DNA of 64,000 nucleotides from Lama guanicoe (lineage: Eukaryota), in assembly GCA_013239625.1 (NCBI GenBank), contig MU055574.1, positions 20,506,115 to 20,570,114 on the forward strand. Direction: 5' to 3'. The position numbers and the translations under genes are program-made. The notes below the pieces were generated by a model that was given only the letters and a program-made list of their open reading frames with translations, made no database searches and was not told where the DNA came from. Positions within the stretch are counted from its first letter, which is position 1. Each line of letters starts with the position of its first letter. Below, piece after piece: positions 61,668-64,000 of the stretch.

Positions 61668-63161
61668 GGCCTGGCGGGCCCGGAGCGCGGCCTGGACGGG
61701 CGGGCTCTGGTGAGCGCGGCCTGGCGCGCAGGGTCTGCAGGACCCGGCGCGGCCTGGCCGGTAGCGCGTGGCCTGGTCTGGCGGGTACGGGCGAGCGTGG
61801 CCGGGCGGGCCTGGCGCGCAGGGTCTGGATGACCCGGCGCTGCCGGGGCTGTGGCTGTGGCTGTGGAGCGTGGCCTGGTCTGGCGGGCACGGGCGAGCGT
61901 GGCCTGGCGGGCGCCCTGGCGCTGCGCAGGGTCGGGAGGACCTCGCGGGGCCTGGCCGGTAGAGCGTGGTCTGGCCTGGCGGGTCCGGGCGAGCGTGGCC
62001 TGGTCTGGCGGGCCCGGGCGGGCGCGGCCGGGAGGGCCCGGCCTGGAGAGCGCTGTCTGGAGGGCCCAGCGCGTGGTCTGGCGGACCCGGCGCGGTCTGG
62101 TGGACCCGGCCTGGAGACCGCCGTCGGGCGGACTCGCCACGGCCTGGCGGGCTCGGCAAGTGCGGTTTGGTCTGGCGGGCCCAGGCGAGCGCGGCCTGGT
62201 CTGGCGGGCCCGGCCTGGAGACCTCGGTCTGGCGGGTCTGGCGGGCCCGGCGCGCGCGGCCTGGTCTGCAGGACCCGGCCTGGAGAGCGCGGCCTGGAGG
62301 ACCCGGCGTGGTCTAGTCTGGTGGGGCCTCGCCAATGTGGTCTGGTCTGGTGGGCCCGGACGAGCTCGGCCTGGTCTGGCGGACCCGGCCTGGAGAGCGC
62401 GGTCTGGAGGACCCGGCGCGGTCTGGCGGGCCCTGGTGAGCGTGGCCTGGCGGGCCCGGTGCGCAGGGTCTGAAGGACCCGGCGCGGCCTGGCCTGGAGA
62501 ACGCGGCCTGGTCTGGCGGACCCGGCCTGGAGAGCGCCGTCTGGTGGGCCTGGCGCGCGTGGCCTGGTTTGGAGCACCCGGCCTGGAGACCGTGGTCTGG
62601 AGGACCTGACGCGCGCGGCTTGGCGCGGTCCGGAGGACCCGGCGCGATCTGGCGGGCCCGGCGAGCGCGGACTGGTCTGGCGGGCCCAGCGAGCGCGGCC
62701 TGGTCTGGCGGACCCGGCCTGGAGAGCGTGGTCTGGAGGACCTGGCGCGCGCGGTCTGGCGGGCCTGGCGCGGTCCGGTGGGCCCAGCGCGCGGTCTGGA
62801 GGACCCAGCGCGCGGTCTGGTGGGCCCAGCGCGCGGTCTTGCGGACCCAGCGCGGTCTGGCGGACCCGACCTGGAGAGCGCGGTCTGGAGGACCCGGCGC
62901 GGCCTGGCGGGCCTGGGCGAGCGCGGCCTGGTCTGGCGGGCTCGGCTTGGAGACCGCGGTCTGGCGGGCCTGGCGCGCGCAGCCTGGTCTGGAGGACCCG
63001 GCCTGGAGAGCGCGGCCTGGAGGACCCGGCGCGGTCTGGTCTGGTGGGGCCCCGCCAGTGCGATCTGGTCTGGCGGACCCGGCCTGGAGAGCGTGGTCTG
63101 GCGGGCCCGGCGCGCGGTCTGGAGGACCCGGCGCGGTCTGGCGGGCCCGGCGAGCGCGGCC
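61668..63161. repeat. Modular GC-rich tandem direct repeat array within DMR2
   Basis: Built from GG-initiated modules GGCCT, GGTCT, GGCGC (5 bp) and GGCGGACCC, GGAGGACCC, GGCGGGCCC, GGAGAGCGC, GGCGAGCGC (9 bp). The CCTGGAGA anchor recurs about a dozen times between 62042 and 63083. Confidence 0.92.
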
Positions 63162-63271
63162 CAGCCCATTTGGCGCCGTCCTCGGGAGCTGGCCGTGGGC
63201 CTGGCGTGCTGGCCGCCGCCCCGCAGTCCTCGCCCGGCTCTCGTCCGGGGAGGACGGCCAGGCTGGCCGGT

Positions 63272-63317
63272 TGCCGCGGTTGTCTGCCGCGGTTCACTGC
63301 CGCGGTGCACTGCGGCC
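63272..63317 (+). promoter_or_regulatory. Cluster of ZFP57 recognition hexamers (3x TGCCGC, 13-bp period)
   Basis: TGCCGC at 63272, 63285 and 63298, each followed by GG; degenerate fourth copy TGCGGC at 63311. Confidence 0.75.
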
Positions 63318-64000
63318 TGTCCCCGAGTGCCGGGGTCGGCAGCCGGTCCCGGCCACCAGGTGGAGCGGGCAGAGGAAGAAGGCGAAGTGGACAGGCAGGC
63401 GCGATGCCGATGGGGCCTGACGCTGAGGGATGCCGGTGCCTCGCGCCGCAGCAGCAGAGATCGGCCGGAACCCTCCGGCCCGAGGCCAAGGCCTTCCTCG
63501 TTTGCTTTTCAGGGCAGGCCCAGCAGTTTTGAGGAGCCCCCAGGAGCTCTGGGCACAGGGCCGGATGGGGCTGCCGTGTGGGGGGACAGGAGGCGTGGGG
63601 GAGGGTCTTTTAAGGTGGGGGGAGGGCGCTGCCCGGGAGCGCCCCCTTCTGGCCGCAGCGCGCGCCGTTTCCCGCTGGCCTAGCCCGCCCTCCGTGTCTC
63701 CTGGAGCGCAGCGCTGCAGGGGCTCGCCAAAAGCCCCGCCTTGTCTCCCGGCGCCAGACACGCCCACGGTGGGCGGGGCTATGGGCGCTGTCCACGGGGC
63801 GCTGTCCTTGGTCCCGAAGCTTCGGCGGGGCTTCTGCGCCTATTTGGTCGAAATAAGATTTTCAGACAGACGTGGGGAGTTTCAGGCAGAGAAGGACGAT
63901 TCTGGCAAACCTTTGCCACGTAGACAGACAGAATAAAGAACCGCCATACTGTTAGTTTGGTGCTGTGGGCCTGAGGCCTGTTATCCCCTCTCCATTGTCA

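Larger units (their letters stand above)
61500..63600 (-). ncRNA. AIRN: Putative 5' region of antisense macro-lncRNA AIRN (3' extent unknown)
   Basis: Positional inference only, from the intron-2 island and a candidate minus-strand core promoter. No transcript evidence is available from DNA, and some mammals reportedly have the DMR without a detectable AIRN. Confidence 0.35.
61500..63900. promoter_or_regulatory. IGF2R intron-2 CpG island: putative DMR2 / imprint control element / AIRN promoter
   Basis: Abrupt ~2.4 kb CpG-dense island 4.5 kb into intron 2, with tandem direct repeats and clustered TGCCGC motifs; same position and architecture as the Igf2r ICE. Methylation status is not visible in sequence. 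Confidence 0.85.

Noticed and set aside
61668-63161. CRISPR-like repeat/spacer array
   Set aside because: Eukaryotic intron, no unique spacers, no cas genes; the units are contiguous degenerate modules.
61380-63936. Long overlapping ORFs (up to 608 and 627 aa) on both strands of the intron-2 island
   Set aside because: The GC-rich repeat has almost no stop codons. The two longest start at GTG/TTG rather than ATG, products are low-complexity R/P/G/A, and several frames are open at once.

Overview
Mammalian genomic DNA, most likely a camelid (alpaca/llama/camel), inferred from about seven copies of the tRNA-derived Vic-1-type SINE. The window holds ~37.7 kb of repeat-rich upstream sequence and the 5' part of IGF2R (cation-independent mannose-6-phosphate/IGF2 receptor) on the + strand. 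Visible parts are the promoter CpG island with four E-boxes (one a perfect CLEAR element), exon 1 (CDS 37913-38061), an 18.8 kb intron 1, exon 2 (56820-56959) and the start of intron 2. The most notable structure is a second CpG island in intron 2 (~61500-63900), at the position of the imprinting control element (DMR2/ICE) and antisense AIRN promoter known from mouse and other mammals. It contains a ~1.5 kb modular GG-punctuated tandem repeat, three TGCCGC (ZFP57) motifs spaced 13 bp apart, and a candidate minus-strand promoter. The IGF2R 5' UTR also carries a 12-codon uORF that may be lineage-specific. No other protein-coding gene is supported; the long ORFs in GC-rich regions look like compositional artefacts. 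Repeat family names are from recognition by eye, not a RepeatMasker run. Two assembly gaps are present.
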